From positions 186,001-250,000 of IMG/VR virus record IMGVR_UViG_3300042350_002797: DNA of 64,000 nucleotides. One strand, given 5' to 3'. The stretch's first letter is position 1. Every line of letters starts with the position of its first letter. Shown here one piece after another: positions 42,409-51,571 of the stretch. The notes below the pieces were generated by a model. That model made no database searches, was not told the origin of the DNA, and saw nothing but the letters and a program-made list of their open reading frames with translations. Position numbers and translations under genes: made by a program.

Positions 42409-43094
42409 TTTTTTACCTTTACATAATTTAATCTGGTTTCTGCTTTTTTAGTAAGCCAATTTTGATTATTATCTTTTACTTTAGCAGACACAATCTCTAC
42501 TCTATTTTGCCTGATTGGAAATTTGCTGAACCAGCTGGCCAGTTTATTGTCAACAATGGCAAGAATATTATAAGCATCATAATTCTTCGAACGTTCACAA
42601 TCTACAATAGTAGCTTCCAAATTCATTAACTTAGTTTCTTTACTGCCTAAGTAGTTGTTATCGCACTCTCTGATAATTTTAGTAATATCGTTACGCTTAC
42701 GATCCCTTTCGTAAACGTGCGGTAAACAGGCAACAAATCCTAGTTTATTTTCATTCATTATTTCTTTGTTAAGTAAACTCAAAATCTCTTGTAAGAATTG
42801 ATTTTCAGGTTGTGCTAACACACTAAACATAAGACGACGATAATATGTTCTAATATCTTCTGTTAACAAACGATCGGAGTCATTAGCTTCGATCACGGGA
42901 GGCAAGTACTGTGGATCAGCAGTTATTCGCCTTTCTTGATCCAAAGTCCAAATCATCAGTGTTTTGTTGCTATGTTTATAACCCATAGCTTTCCCATCAT
43001 CAGTATATAACGTTTCGCTTTCTTTTTGATAGCATTGGTTGTAACGCTGAGCAGCACAGGCTAGTTCGAGTGCTCGCTGTACAGGAAAGTCCAT
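42405..43094 (-). CDS. Hypothetical protein
   Basis: 229 aa, RBS GGAG, downstream of a sigma70 promoter. Confidence 0.6.
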   Translation of the reverse strand: MDFPVQRALELACAAQRYNQCYQKESETLYTDDGKAMGYKHSNKTLMIWTLDQERRITADPQYLPPVIEANDSDRLLTEDIRTYYRRLMFSVLAQPENQFLQEILSLLNKEIMNENKLGFVACLPHVYERDRKRNDITKIIRECDNNYLGSKETKLMNLEATIVDCERSKNYDAYNILAIVDNKLASWFSKFPIRQNRVEIVSAKVKDNNQNWLTKKAETRLNYVKVKK

Positions 43095-43124
43095 GATTAC
43101 TCCAAATTGGTTGATATTTTCTGT

Positions 43125-43153
43125 ATTATACTATCAATTAAAATGGATGTCAA
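43125..43153 (-). promoter_or_regulatory. Sigma70 promoter
   Basis: TTGACA-17-TATAAT. Confidence 0.8.
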
Positions 43154-43375
43154 CTATAATCTGAAGGTAATTCTACCTTTGGTTAGATCGTATGGGCTAA
43201 CTTCTATTCGAACATTGTCACCCAAAATTACTTTGATTTTGTGTTGTTTAAGTTTACCGCCCATATAACAAATAAGTTCATGTGCAGTATCGTCTACTTT
43301 GACTTTAAAAGTACTATTAGGAAGAACATCGACGACTTCTCCGGTGAATTCTATCAGTTCACTGTTTTTAGCCAT
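43154..43375 (-). CDS. infA: Translation initiation factor IF-1
   Basis: IEFTGEVVDVLPN..F.V, GK.....IKVILGD.V.IEVSPYDLTKGRITFR; start MAK at 43375. Confidence 0.93.
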   Translation of the reverse strand: MAKNSELIEFTGEVVDVLPNSTFKVKVDDTAHELICYMGGKLKQHKIKVILGDNVRIEVSPYDLTKGRITFRL

Positions 43376-43538
43376 TTTTTGATATAACAATCGAATTGTC
43401 TTGAACTTTAATAGTCAATTGATCGCCTTCCTTCCAACCGTTTAAGTCTAAAATTTCTTGTGGTATTTTCATAAGTATGTTATCTGGATCCCCTTCAATT
43501 TCTTCGAATATTTCTTCTGATTTAAAAATAAGTTTCAT
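43368..43538 (-). CDS. AbrB/MazE/SpoVT-like DNA-binding protein (56 aa)
   Basis: Not in track. MKLIFKSEEIFEEIEGDPDNILMKIPQEILDLNGWKEGDQLTIKVQDNSIVISKNG*. Confidence 0.7.
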   Translation of the reverse strand: MKLIFKSEEIFEEIEGDPDNILMKIPQEILDLNGWKEGDQLTIKVQDNSIVISKNG

Positions 43539-43595
43539 TTTGATATAAAGTCTTTCTGTGAAGTATAAGTATAATTATATTTTTTGTCAATTAAA

Positions 43596-43844
43596 ATGAA
43601 TAACATAGAGCAGCAAATTTTACAAACAATTAAAGATATGAAGATCGGTAAAGACCAATCTATCACTATGCATTCAACTCTTAAAGAAGATTTAAATTTG
43701 GACAGTTTAAGCTTTACAGAATTGTTGATATCGTTAGAAGAACAGTTTGAAATCGAAGTGGACTTAGATGATCCAGAGTTACCAAAGCTTAATACATTAA
43801 ATGATATCAATGAAGTTATCTCAAAATTAATCAGTCTTAAGTAA
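43596..43844 (+). CDS. acpP: Acyl carrier protein 1
   Basis: EDLNLDSLSFTELLISLEEQFEI (DSL phosphopantetheine Ser); acidic. Confidence 0.9.
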   Translation: MNNIEQQILQTIKDMKIGKDQSITMHSTLKEDLNLDSLSFTELLISLEEQFEIEVDLDDPELPKLNTLNDINEVISKLISLK

Positions 43845-44612
43845 TTTTATCACCCAATAAGTCGGGTCTATTTCCCACCAACGCTTTCCATAGTTGATGT
43901 TTGTAGGATCTCCGTGATGATTATTGTGCCAACTTTCCCCTAACGTAATAGGCCAAATCCAAACAATATTTACACTGTCGTCTTTAGTTTCGAGATTTCT
44001 ATAACCTAGTTTCTTAATGTGAGTCACACTTGTTTGTATATTAAAAACTTGATAGGTAATGAATGCAGGTAGTATTACAGCATATAACCAAAGATTTATA
44101 TCAATTAATAAAAAAGCGGCATGACTGATTAAAAAGATTTTAGCGTAATTTTTATGAAAGAAAATACAATCTTTGTCTTTAAGCAAATCTACAATATGCT
44201 TTGTATTATATTGTCCTTCCTTTAGTTTAAACATCCACCAGATATAACTGTGCCAAAACCCATGATGAGGGCTGTGAGGATCTTTATCTTCATCACTATA
44301 TCTATGATGATAACTTCTGTGTATTGTGGCCCATTGAATAGGACTACCTTGTCCTGATAAATTTCCAAACCAAAGAATTATTATCTTTACCCATCTTTTT
44401 ACTTTAAAACTTTTGTGACTGAACAATCTATGATAGCCGGCGCTTACTCCAATAATTTTAATACAAATGAAACCAATAATATAGTATGCCCACCAATAAG
44501 GAGTATAATCTACAAACAGATTATAAATGCTGTATAATCCTAAAATATGGATAGGAATCACACCACACCAAAGATTACTAAATGATATAATGTTTTTAAA
44601 AATTTGTTTCAT
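43827..44612 (-). CDS. Membrane fatty acid desaturase (delta-9-like)
   Basis: GYHRLFSH, HRSYHH, DPHSP, GESWHNNHH, WWEIDP; start MKQ at 44612 is ATGA-coupled. Confidence 0.9.
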   Translation of the reverse strand: MKQIFKNIISFSNLWCGVIPIHILGLYSIYNLFVDYTPYWWAYYIIGFICIKIIGVSAGYHRLFSHKSFKVKRWVKIIILWFGNLSGQGSPIQWATIHRSYHHRYSDEDKDPHSPHHGFWHSYIWWMFKLKEGQYNTKHIVDLLKDKDCIFFHKNYAKIFLISHAAFLLIDINLWLYAVILPAFITYQVFNIQTSVTHIKKLGYRNLETKDDSVNIVWIWPITLGESWHNNHHGDPTNINYGKRWWEIDPTYWVIKLLKTD

Positions 44613-45151
44613 TTGTGTTTCCAGGAATTCAATAAAGAGTCGTCGCCGTGATATATGATATGTTGCCAACAACTATCATCATCACTATTTGGGCAAGTTT
44701 GATATTTATAGTTGTTGGTATCAAACGTCAAGTCAGAATATTTTTTAAAATCTCTTATTAGCATACTTTGCCAATGGTTGTATTGTCTGCTTACAAATAC
44801 TAATTTTGAATCAGTGTTATTTTGTAACCATTTAACTTGTTCTGACACCATTAAACAGATTTGAGGACTGACAAATTTAGTAATGGGAATTCTCTTTATT
44901 TTCCACATTCTATTCAAAATTCTATAAACTCTATCTGGCCAGCAATCTCTTCGTATAATACTGCTACAATGAGTAGGGTCTCCATTTTCGTCGAACGCTA
45001 TACTAAAAGCTGCTGATCTTTCAAAAAGATACTTGTTGTAATTTACTGCTAATGGATCTGTTTTGTTATTGTGCTGATGTTGTCTTAAATTTTCGAAAAG
45101 TTTGTCTAAGTACGAGTCGGATCCCGGAGTCCAAATTTTAACACTAATCAT
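44609..45151 (-). CDS. Hypothetical protein, possible GNAT-like acyltransferase
   Basis: Between acpS and the desaturase; RVYRILNRMW, LVFVSRQ. The fold is a guess. Confidence 0.4.
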   Translation of the reverse strand: MISVKIWTPGSDSYLDKLFENLRQHQHNNKTDPLAVNYNKYLFERSAAFSIAFDENGDPTHCSSIIRRDCWPDRVYRILNRMWKIKRIPITKFVSPQICLMVSEQVKWLQNNTDSKLVFVSRQYNHWQSMLIRDFKKYSDLTFDTNNYKYQTCPNSDDDSCWQHIIYHGDDSLLNSWKHK

Positions 45152-45507
45152 GTTACTTCCAAAATAGCACTGGCTATGAGATAGTCTCGTTCGTGACTAA
45201 AACTAAGATGACAAGTTGGTCCTGCTAATTGTTCTTTAAACTGTACTGTTGGACGACCTTCGTGATTGGATTTAATTTTAATATTTTTCCAAGTTACTTT
45301 ATCTCGTATTCCTTTTCCAAAAGCCTTGGCAATGGCTTCTTTTCCTGCCCATATTTTAGCCAAATATTGAAATTTTAATTTGTGGTTTTTGAATTCTTCT
45401 AATTCTTCATCTGTGCAAATACGCATTGCAATTTTAGTTAGTCGTAGATCGTTCATCATATGAAAACGATTTAAATCTACAATATCAATTCCGTGTCCTA
45501 ATATCAT
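45148..45507 (-). CDS. acpS: Holo-ACP synthase (4'-phosphopantetheinyl transferase)
   Basis: GHGIDIVD, WAGKEA.AKA.G.G, GRP, LSFSHE. Confidence 0.93.
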   Translation of the reverse strand: MILGHGIDIVDLNRFHMMNDLRLTKIAMRICTDEELEEFKNHKLKFQYLAKIWAGKEAIAKAFGKGIRDKVTWKNIKIKSNHEGRPTVQFKEQLAGPTCHLSFSHERDYLIASAILEVT

Positions 45508-45513
45508 ACAGTA

Positions 45514-45542
45514 ATTATACTTTTTTTAAATCTGTGTGTCAA
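45514..45542 (-). promoter_or_regulatory. Sigma70 promoter; probable leaderless acpS transcript
   Basis: TTGACA-17-TATAAT with ATG 6 nt downstream. Confidence 0.8.
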
Positions 45543-45570
45543 TAGCCTGGTAAATACACCGGAGGATATT

Positions 45571-46380
45571 ATGTTTATAGGACACATTAACGACTTAGAA
45601 ATCGGCCAAGCCAAATCGATTGAAGTTCTTGAAAACAAAAAAGTTTTAATCAATGAAAATGGTGTATACAAAATAGGTAGTAATATTTGCCCTCATCAAA
45701 ATAGCAGAATTATTTCCGGAACACGTACAGAACTTAGATGCCAGTACCACGGATGGTCGTGGAATATGGATGGATCACCTAAAGATTCAGGTGCTAGTAC
45801 TATGTGTAATAAGCAAAAATTACATATGAAAACAGCGTATGAATATAAAGGTCTTTTATTCGAAGAAGAATTAGATTTTTCAATGCTCGAAGAATTAAGT
45901 TTTGAAAATTTAAGATTAGAAGAATTTAGAATCGATACGGTTAATGCTGATCCAAAAATTAGTATGGATATATTTTTAGACGTCGATCATATTCCAATCG
46001 TTCATAACGGAGTCTATGATTTATTAGGAATCGAAGGTAAAGCAGATGTTAAATGGAGTTATGCAGACTGGGGAAGTATGCAGACTGTTAGTGACGAATC
46101 GGGAAAAGTTATTGCTCGTTGGATCGCTATCTATCCTTATACTATGATAGAGTGGCAAGATAAAGCATTGTTTATAACACGGTCTTTCAATGAAACACAA
46201 ATGGCAGTATGGAAATATAAAGATATAACCGAGTCAGAAGAAAACTATAGAACTAATGAAAGTATGTGGGAAAATGCATTTTCACAAGATAAAGCTCAAG
46301 CAGAGCAAATGGTAAGATTTCCTTCTGCTAATTTAGAAGAAGCCAAAATTCATTACAGAGAGTGGTTAAGTAAAAAATGA
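45571..46380 (+). CDS. Rieske non-heme iron oxygenase alpha subunit
   Basis: CPH...CQYHGW (Rieske 2Fe-2S); DVDHIPIVH and FSQD (mononuclear Fe); TAAATA and GGAGG upstream. Confidence 0.88.
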   Translation: MFIGHINDLEIGQAKSIEVLENKKVLINENGVYKIGSNICPHQNSRIISGTRTELRCQYHGWSWNMDGSPKDSGASTMCNKQKLHMKTAYEYKGLLFEEELDFSMLEELSFENLRLEEFRIDTVNADPKISMDIFLDVDHIPIVHNGVYDLLGIEGKADVKWSYADWGSMQTVSDESGKVIARWIAIYPYTMIEWQDKALFITRSFNETQMAVWKYKDITESEENYRTNESMWENAFSQDKAQAEQMVRFPSANLEEAKIHYREWLSKK

Positions 46381-47285
46381 AATTGTTGTATAATGATTAC
46401 ATGCGTAGTTCAGGAAATGGGTCAACTTGGTCAGTAGAAATAGACCCTCCTACTAGATCAGTTAAAAGTTATTTCGAAGAAACTAAAATTGCTTGTGGGT
46501 TAATATATGAGCAAAGAACTGCTCCTTTACAACTATGTTATAGTGGAGGCCTTGATAGTGAATATGTTCTAAGTACGTTATTATACTTAGGCATACCAGT
46601 AGAAGTATTCATTATGAATACTCAATACAATTATCATGAAACCAAATATGCATTTAAATTTTGTGAATCAAAGAACATTACTCCTACCATAGTTGATCTA
46701 GATTATGATAAATTTGTAGAATCTGGTAAACTAATAGAAATAGCAGAATCCATGTGTTGCGCACAGTGGCAAATACCTGCTAATATGTGGCTAGTGGAAC
46801 AATTAACAGGTACAGTTATAATTGGTAATGATCCTCCACATATGAAGTTAAACAAAGAAGATAATCTTTGGTATCTCGATGAAGAGGAAGTTATTCATAG
46901 TCAATTTAATTTTTGGAGAAATCGAGATATACTTGGAACACCTTTTCTGTTAAGCTATACTCCTGAATTAATGTTAAGTTTTTTATTAGATCCGACTATG
47001 GAAAAATTAGCTAATCATGGATTTCCAGGTAAATTAGGAACTAACAGTACTAAAGTTCATGTGTTTAATAGAGACAGCAATTTTAATTTAGAACAACGTG
47101 TTAAACAACACGGATATGAAAATGCTGAAAAAAGTTTGATTTTTAATCATCCTGACATTCAAACTGTGATTAGTTGGAAAGATCGCTGGGGCGGAACTAG
47201 CGACCATCAGTATCATACTGTAGTAGAAAAACTCAGTTCGGGAAAATCTTCTAAAGCTTTTTCAGTATGTCCTTCAAATTCTTAA
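46377..47285 (+). CDS. PP-loop ATP pyrophosphatase (asparagine synthase C-terminal-like)
   Basis: LCYSGGLDSE; no glutaminase domain. Confidence 0.7.
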   Translation: MKLLYNDYMRSSGNGSTWSVEIDPPTRSVKSYFEETKIACGLIYEQRTAPLQLCYSGGLDSEYVLSTLLYLGIPVEVFIMNTQYNYHETKYAFKFCESKNITPTIVDLDYDKFVESGKLIEIAESMCCAQWQIPANMWLVEQLTGTVIIGNDPPHMKLNKEDNLWYLDEEEVIHSQFNFWRNRDILGTPFLLSYTPELMLSFLLDPTMEKLANHGFPGKLGTNSTKVHVFNRDSNFNLEQRVKQHGYENAEKSLIFNHPDIQTVISWKDRWGGTSDHQYHTVVEKLSSGKSSKAFSVCPSNS

Positions 47286-47288
47286 TAT

Positions 47289-47747
47289 ATGAATCAATTA
47301 ACTAACCAAGAAGTTCTTTCAATATTGCCTCATCGTTATCCATTTCTGATGATTGATAAAGTTATCGAATACTCCGACACAGATCTAATAGCAGTGAAAA
47401 ATTTCACAATCAATGAGCCATATGTACAAGGACATTTTCCAAACAATCATATAATGCCAGGTGTAATGATGGTAGAATCTATGGCACAAGCCAGCACAAT
47501 TTTAGGGTTCAAGTACATAGAAAAGAATGCAACTATGGAACAAATTTTGTCACAATTTTCTGGAGGATTTTTGTTTGTAGCTGCTGATGAAGTGAGATTT
47601 AAACGAGTTGTGCATCCTGGAGATCAATTAAAAATATTTTCTAAATTGACTAGATGTGCTAGAACTTTATTTGAATTTGAAACTAGAATAGAAGTTGATA
47701 GGATTATAGTTGCTTCGGCCAAGTTAAAAGCCACTGCTGGTATTTAA
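47289..47747 (+). CDS. fabZ: 3-hydroxyacyl-ACP dehydratase
   Basis: LPHRYPFLMIDKV, KNFTINEP...GHFP...MPGV...ESMAQ, RFKR.V.PGDQL. Confidence 0.95.
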   Translation: MNQLTNQEVLSILPHRYPFLMIDKVIEYSDTDLIAVKNFTINEPYVQGHFPNNHIMPGVMMVESMAQASTILGFKYIEKNATMEQILSQFSGGFLFVAADEVRFKRVVHPGDQLKIFSKLTRCARTLFEFETRIEVDRIIVASAKLKATAGI

Positions 47748-47773
47748 TATTAAATAGCTATATAGGAGGACGT

Positions 47774-48142
47774 ATGGATTTAGAAAATTGGACACCATTG
47801 ACTACGCAAGAAATAGAAAAGAAATTTATTGGAATGATTAATGACTATCTAAAATTAAATTTAGAATATCCTGTAGATCCAAATCTTTCTTTAAAAGATT
47901 TGAGATTAGTTGGGGATACGAAAGTTATTGAACAATTACAAGATGTTGATGAAGAATCATTAGAAATTATAAAAAAGAATTTTGAAATCGATAGCATAGA
48001 TATATTGGAATTAGTAATTCAGATCGAAGAAGAATTTGGCGTAGTAATTGACGATAAAGATGTGGCCACTCTACTTAGATGGGAAGATCTTATTGGTTAT
48101 ATAGCAGATAGTCAAGACCCTAAAAAAATGAAACAAAAATGA
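47774..48142 (+). CDS. Acyl carrier protein 2 (elongated)
   Basis: IDSIDILELVIQIEEEFGVVIDD; 122 aa with extra sequence before the Ser motif. Confidence 0.85.
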   Translation: MDLENWTPLTTQEIEKKFIGMINDYLKLNLEYPVDPNLSLKDLRLVGDTKVIEQLQDVDEESLEIIKKNFEIDSIDILELVIQIEEEFGVVIDDKDVATLLRWEDLIGYIADSQDPKKMKQK

Positions 48143-49317
48143 AACCTGTTTATATAGTTGATTATGCAGTAATAGATACAATAGGATTTGATATAGAATC
48201 GAACTATAAAAATCTTACTCTATTAGCTAAAGGTCCTCAGACCTGCACTAGATACGATGTAACAGAGTATCCTCACATACTCTGTACTAAAGGTTATGAA
48301 ATTTCTCAGTATGATGGACGTAATATTTTTTCAAAGTTGCATAACGATTTATCTGATCAGTTATTATCGAAAGCTACTATTCCATCAGATTCTGCCGTAA
48401 TAGTGAGTGCGTTTGCTCATTCAGGCAACGAAGTAAGAAATGATTTTGATAACTCATTCCGAGGCGGAATGAGCCGATTTAGTCCTACAAAGCTTTTTCT
48501 AAATAATAATGATTTAATGAGTGCTAACATAGCGAAAAAATTAAAATTAGAAGGATTCAGCTCTGGGGTAATGGCAGCGTGTAGTTCTAGTATGTTCAAC
48601 TTACACTATGCTTTCACTTGCATACAATCAGGAGTGATTTCGTCCGCTGTAGTTGGAGCTATAGAAACTCCAATACATCCTTCTGTGCAATATTACTGGC
48701 AATGTACTAGTGCAATTTCTACTCGAGATGGAGGAATCTGTAAACCATTTGATAAGAACAGAGATGGGTTTGTTCAAGCCGAGGGAGGAACATTATGGTT
48801 AATATGCGATGAAGAAACATTGAAAAAATATAATTTAACTCCTAAAGCTAAAATTCTTTCTATAGTGCTGTCTTCTAAATGCTATGATACTGCTACTATG
48901 ACTGCTCACGATAAAACAGGAAAGAGTCAAATTGATACAATTAATAAAGCACTAACTATTGCAAATAAAAAATCGGAAGATATAGCTTTTTTTAATGCAC
49001 ATGCTACTAGTACTTTGATAGGAGACGATATTGAATTAGACGTTTTTCAGCAAAAATTTAAAGACGTTGATATTCCGTGTGTTAGTTTTAAAGGTTATAT
49101 CGGCCACACTATGAGTGCAAGTGGTATGGTTGAATCTGCTTACGGATTAGAAGCATTAAAAAATCAGTATCTGCATCCAAACTACGATTTAACAGATCCA
49201 ATAAGCGACGATCCTAGATTAATTACAAAAGCGATTCCTATCAAAGGAGATACATTTATTAAAGCTTCTTTTGGGTTTGGGGGCAGAACTGCTATAGCAG
49301 TATTTCAAACAATTTAG
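48139..49317 (+). CDS. fabF: Beta-ketoacyl-ACP synthase (FabF/FabB-like)
   Basis: AACSSS (Cys), PFDKNRDGFV..EG, NAHATST..GD (His), K..IGHT..ASG (His), SFGFGG. Confidence 0.9.
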   Translation: MKPVYIVDYAVIDTIGFDIESNYKNLTLLAKGPQTCTRYDVTEYPHILCTKGYEISQYDGRNIFSKLHNDLSDQLLSKATIPSDSAVIVSAFAHSGNEVRNDFDNSFRGGMSRFSPTKLFLNNNDLMSANIAKKLKLEGFSSGVMAACSSSMFNLHYAFTCIQSGVISSAVVGAIETPIHPSVQYYWQCTSAISTRDGGICKPFDKNRDGFVQAEGGTLWLICDEETLKKYNLTPKAKILSIVLSSKCYDTATMTAHDKTGKSQIDTINKALTIANKKSEDIAFFNAHATSTLIGDDIELDVFQQKFKDVDIPCVSFKGYIGHTMSASGMVESAYGLEALKNQYLHPNYDLTDPISDDPRLITKAIPIKGDTFIKASFGFGGRTAIAVFQTI

Positions 49318-49327
49318 GTTTCAATAT

Positions 49328-50161
49328 ATGTACAATCATACTTCAGATACAAATACTGACCCGAGACATTTGTTGCGGTTGAAAATGGAAAAAATCGATG
49401 GATCAAGTTTTATGACAGACGGACCTCCGGCTGGTTACGACTTACCTACCGAATACATTGAAAAAATGAAAGTTATCAGTGAAAAGTATAAACCCATACA
49501 ATGGCTACCGTTGGATATACCTAAAATTGATATAGGCGATCCTAAAGAATTTTTAGAAATTTACGATAGTCAACGTTATCCTGTTGTAAGAATTAAACCT
49601 GATGTAGCAGAACCATGGAGTAAGGAAGATCATCCTTTTAAGCAAGATAGTAGCTGGAATAAAGCAGCATTTAATGGTCTTCATCTATATCAAAATCCTA
49701 TGATTGATCTTAAGCTAAGTACCTTTTACGGAAAAGTTTATCTTGGAGATATTCCTGTTTTCAAAAGGATTATTGAACAAGTGCATGATTATATTCCTCA
49801 TCACCCTTTTATCAGTATATTCATCTGGGAAAGTTTATCGACTATTATTCCTCATAGGGATGCCGCATCATATTGGAAATGTCCTACAGATTTTAGATCT
49901 ATGTTATATGATGAAAATGATAAACCTACTTTGTATGTAGCAGAAGACGGATCAGATGAACCAATCTATATTGACCTTCCTGAGGATACTAATACTTTTT
50001 GTTGGAGCAATGGAAAAATGGTTCATGGATCTGATTATCATGGAAAAAGAAAATTACTACTAATTATGACAGGAATACAGCATACAAGAAAATCTGTAGA
50101 GTTGTTTGATCGCAGTATTGCAAAGTATAAAGACAAATTAAATTATAAATTAGAAATGTAA
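49328..50161 (+). CDS. Putative Fe(II)/2OG-type oxygenase, paralog A
   Basis: PHRD...MVHGSD (HxD...H); WLPLDIP. Confidence 0.55.
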   Translation: MYNHTSDTNTDPRHLLRLKMEKIDGSSFMTDGPPAGYDLPTEYIEKMKVISEKYKPIQWLPLDIPKIDIGDPKEFLEIYDSQRYPVVRIKPDVAEPWSKEDHPFKQDSSWNKAAFNGLHLYQNPMIDLKLSTFYGKVYLGDIPVFKRIIEQVHDYIPHHPFISIFIWESLSTIIPHRDAASYWKCPTDFRSMLYDENDKPTLYVAEDGSDEPIYIDLPEDTNTFCWSNGKMVHGSDYHGKRKLLLIMTGIQHTRKSVELFDRSIAKYKDKLNYKLEM

Positions 50162-51030
50162 TGGATCTAAGTATCTTACAAAAAAAAATTGAAGAGGCGA
50201 AAGTCTCTCAATTTGATTATTCAAAATTAAACACTAGTTACACAAAACTAGGTCCTTCCTTGCATAAAAATGCAAGTTTTATTCAGGCTTCATGGTCACC
50301 CGAGATACCTATTTCTGAATCTTATCTAAAAAAAATAAAGTTATTAGAAGAAAAATATGAATCTATTTTTTGGTTACCTTTAGATATACCTAAAATTCAA
50401 ATAAGCGATTGGAAACTTTTTTTAGAAATTTGGGAAAGAGAAAAAATACCTATTGTTAAAAAAAACGATCCAGATTTTATTCAAGAATTTTACGGAATGC
50501 ATATTGCATCTAACCCATTAATTGACTTTTACTGTCATGATTTGTACGATTCAAAAGGTAAGATGATAGAAAATCAAATTTCGGAAAAAAGCGGATTTAC
50601 TCAAGGAAGAGACAATATAGGTTTATACACTAAAAAACTTTATAAAGATAGATTTTTTAATTCTTTAGTTAGTAATATTATGGCAACTTTTCCTATTAGT
50701 GTTATTAATACTATATCTATATTCGAAGTTATGAATGATGTAGCACCTCATAGGGAGGAAACTTGGTACTGGAAATGTCCTACTGAATTTAGAATAAATC
50801 TTTATGATGAAAATAAAACCCCTGTATTTTACGTAACGGATATCGAAAGCGGTGAAACGAGATATATAGATCTACCTCAAGATACAAACAGTTTTTGTTG
50901 GAGTAATGGAACTAAATTATACGGGGGTGATTATCACGGAAAAAAGAATTTTCAAATAGTTGTTAACGCGATATGGGATACAGCAAAGTTAGATAATTTG
51001 CTAAGTACAAGTTTAAAAAAATACGGATAA
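50161..51030 (+). CDS. Paralog B of the preceding oxygenase-like protein
   Basis: WLPLDIPKI, PHREETWYWKCPTEFR, DLPQDTNSFCWSNG..LYGGDYHG. Confidence 0.55.
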   Translation: MDLSILQKKIEEAKVSQFDYSKLNTSYTKLGPSLHKNASFIQASWSPEIPISESYLKKIKLLEEKYESIFWLPLDIPKIQISDWKLFLEIWEREKIPIVKKNDPDFIQEFYGMHIASNPLIDFYCHDLYDSKGKMIENQISEKSGFTQGRDNIGLYTKKLYKDRFFNSLVSNIMATFPISVINTISIFEVMNDVAPHREETWYWKCPTEFRINLYDENKTPVFYVTDIESGETRYIDLPQDTNSFCWSNGTKLYGGDYHGKKNFQIVVNAIWDTAKLDNLLSTSLKKYG

Positions 51031-51031
51031 A

Positions 51032-51571
51032 ATGGAATACTGGAAATATTTAGAATTAGATAATGTAGAAAAGATTCAAGAAAAAACTTTAACGTTTATT
51101 CGAGAAAAAACAGATTTTATGGATAAATCTAAATATAAAGGTCCATATATTAATTTGCCCTTTTTCGATTACAATAAGGATGTTCCAGAGCTTCAAGAAA
51201 GTTTTTTAAATTATGGGTTGTATGTCACTGGTATTCATATATTTTTAATGTGGAATAACACCGATTGTATTCCCCATAAAGATTATACAGATGCCATTGG
51301 TAGAGTGAATATCCCTATATTAAATTGTCAAGGATCTAAAACCATATTTTATAAAAATTTAAAATCTAAAAGATTAATGTTGCCTACTAGGTCTCCATTT
51401 TATATGACTATAAACAAAGATTACGAAGAAGTTGGCGGAGTTGAAATAGATCGTCCTACTATTGTCAGAATAAGTGAAGGACATACCGTAGTAATGAATG
51501 ATAAAAGTTTTCCTAGAATTACACTTACTGTTTCAACAATTCCTGATGTAGGATTATTATTGGACGATTAA
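51032..51571 (+). CDS. Putative Fe(II)/2OG oxygenase (cupin/DSBH)
   Basis: PHKD, VNIPILNC, EGHTV, PRITLTV. Confidence 0.6.
   Translation: MEYWKYLELDNVEKIQEKTLTFIREKTDFMDKSKYKGPYINLPFFDYNKDVPELQESFLNYGLYVTGIHIFLMWNNTDCIPHKDYTDAIGRVNIPILNCQGSKTIFYKNLKSKRLMLPTRSPFYMTINKDYEEVGGVEIDRPTIVRISEGHTVVMNDKSFPRITLTVSTIPDVGLLLDD

Noticed and set aside
43368-43538. Toxin-antitoxin module
   Set aside because: The AbrB/MazE-like gene is followed by IF-1, not by a toxin.
43535-43810. Minus-strand 91-aa ORF
   Set aside because: Antisense to the clearly recognisable ACP.
46377-47285. Lasso peptide cyclase interpretation of the PP-loop protein
   Set aside because: No B1/B2 peptidase or precursor peptide is evident nearby.
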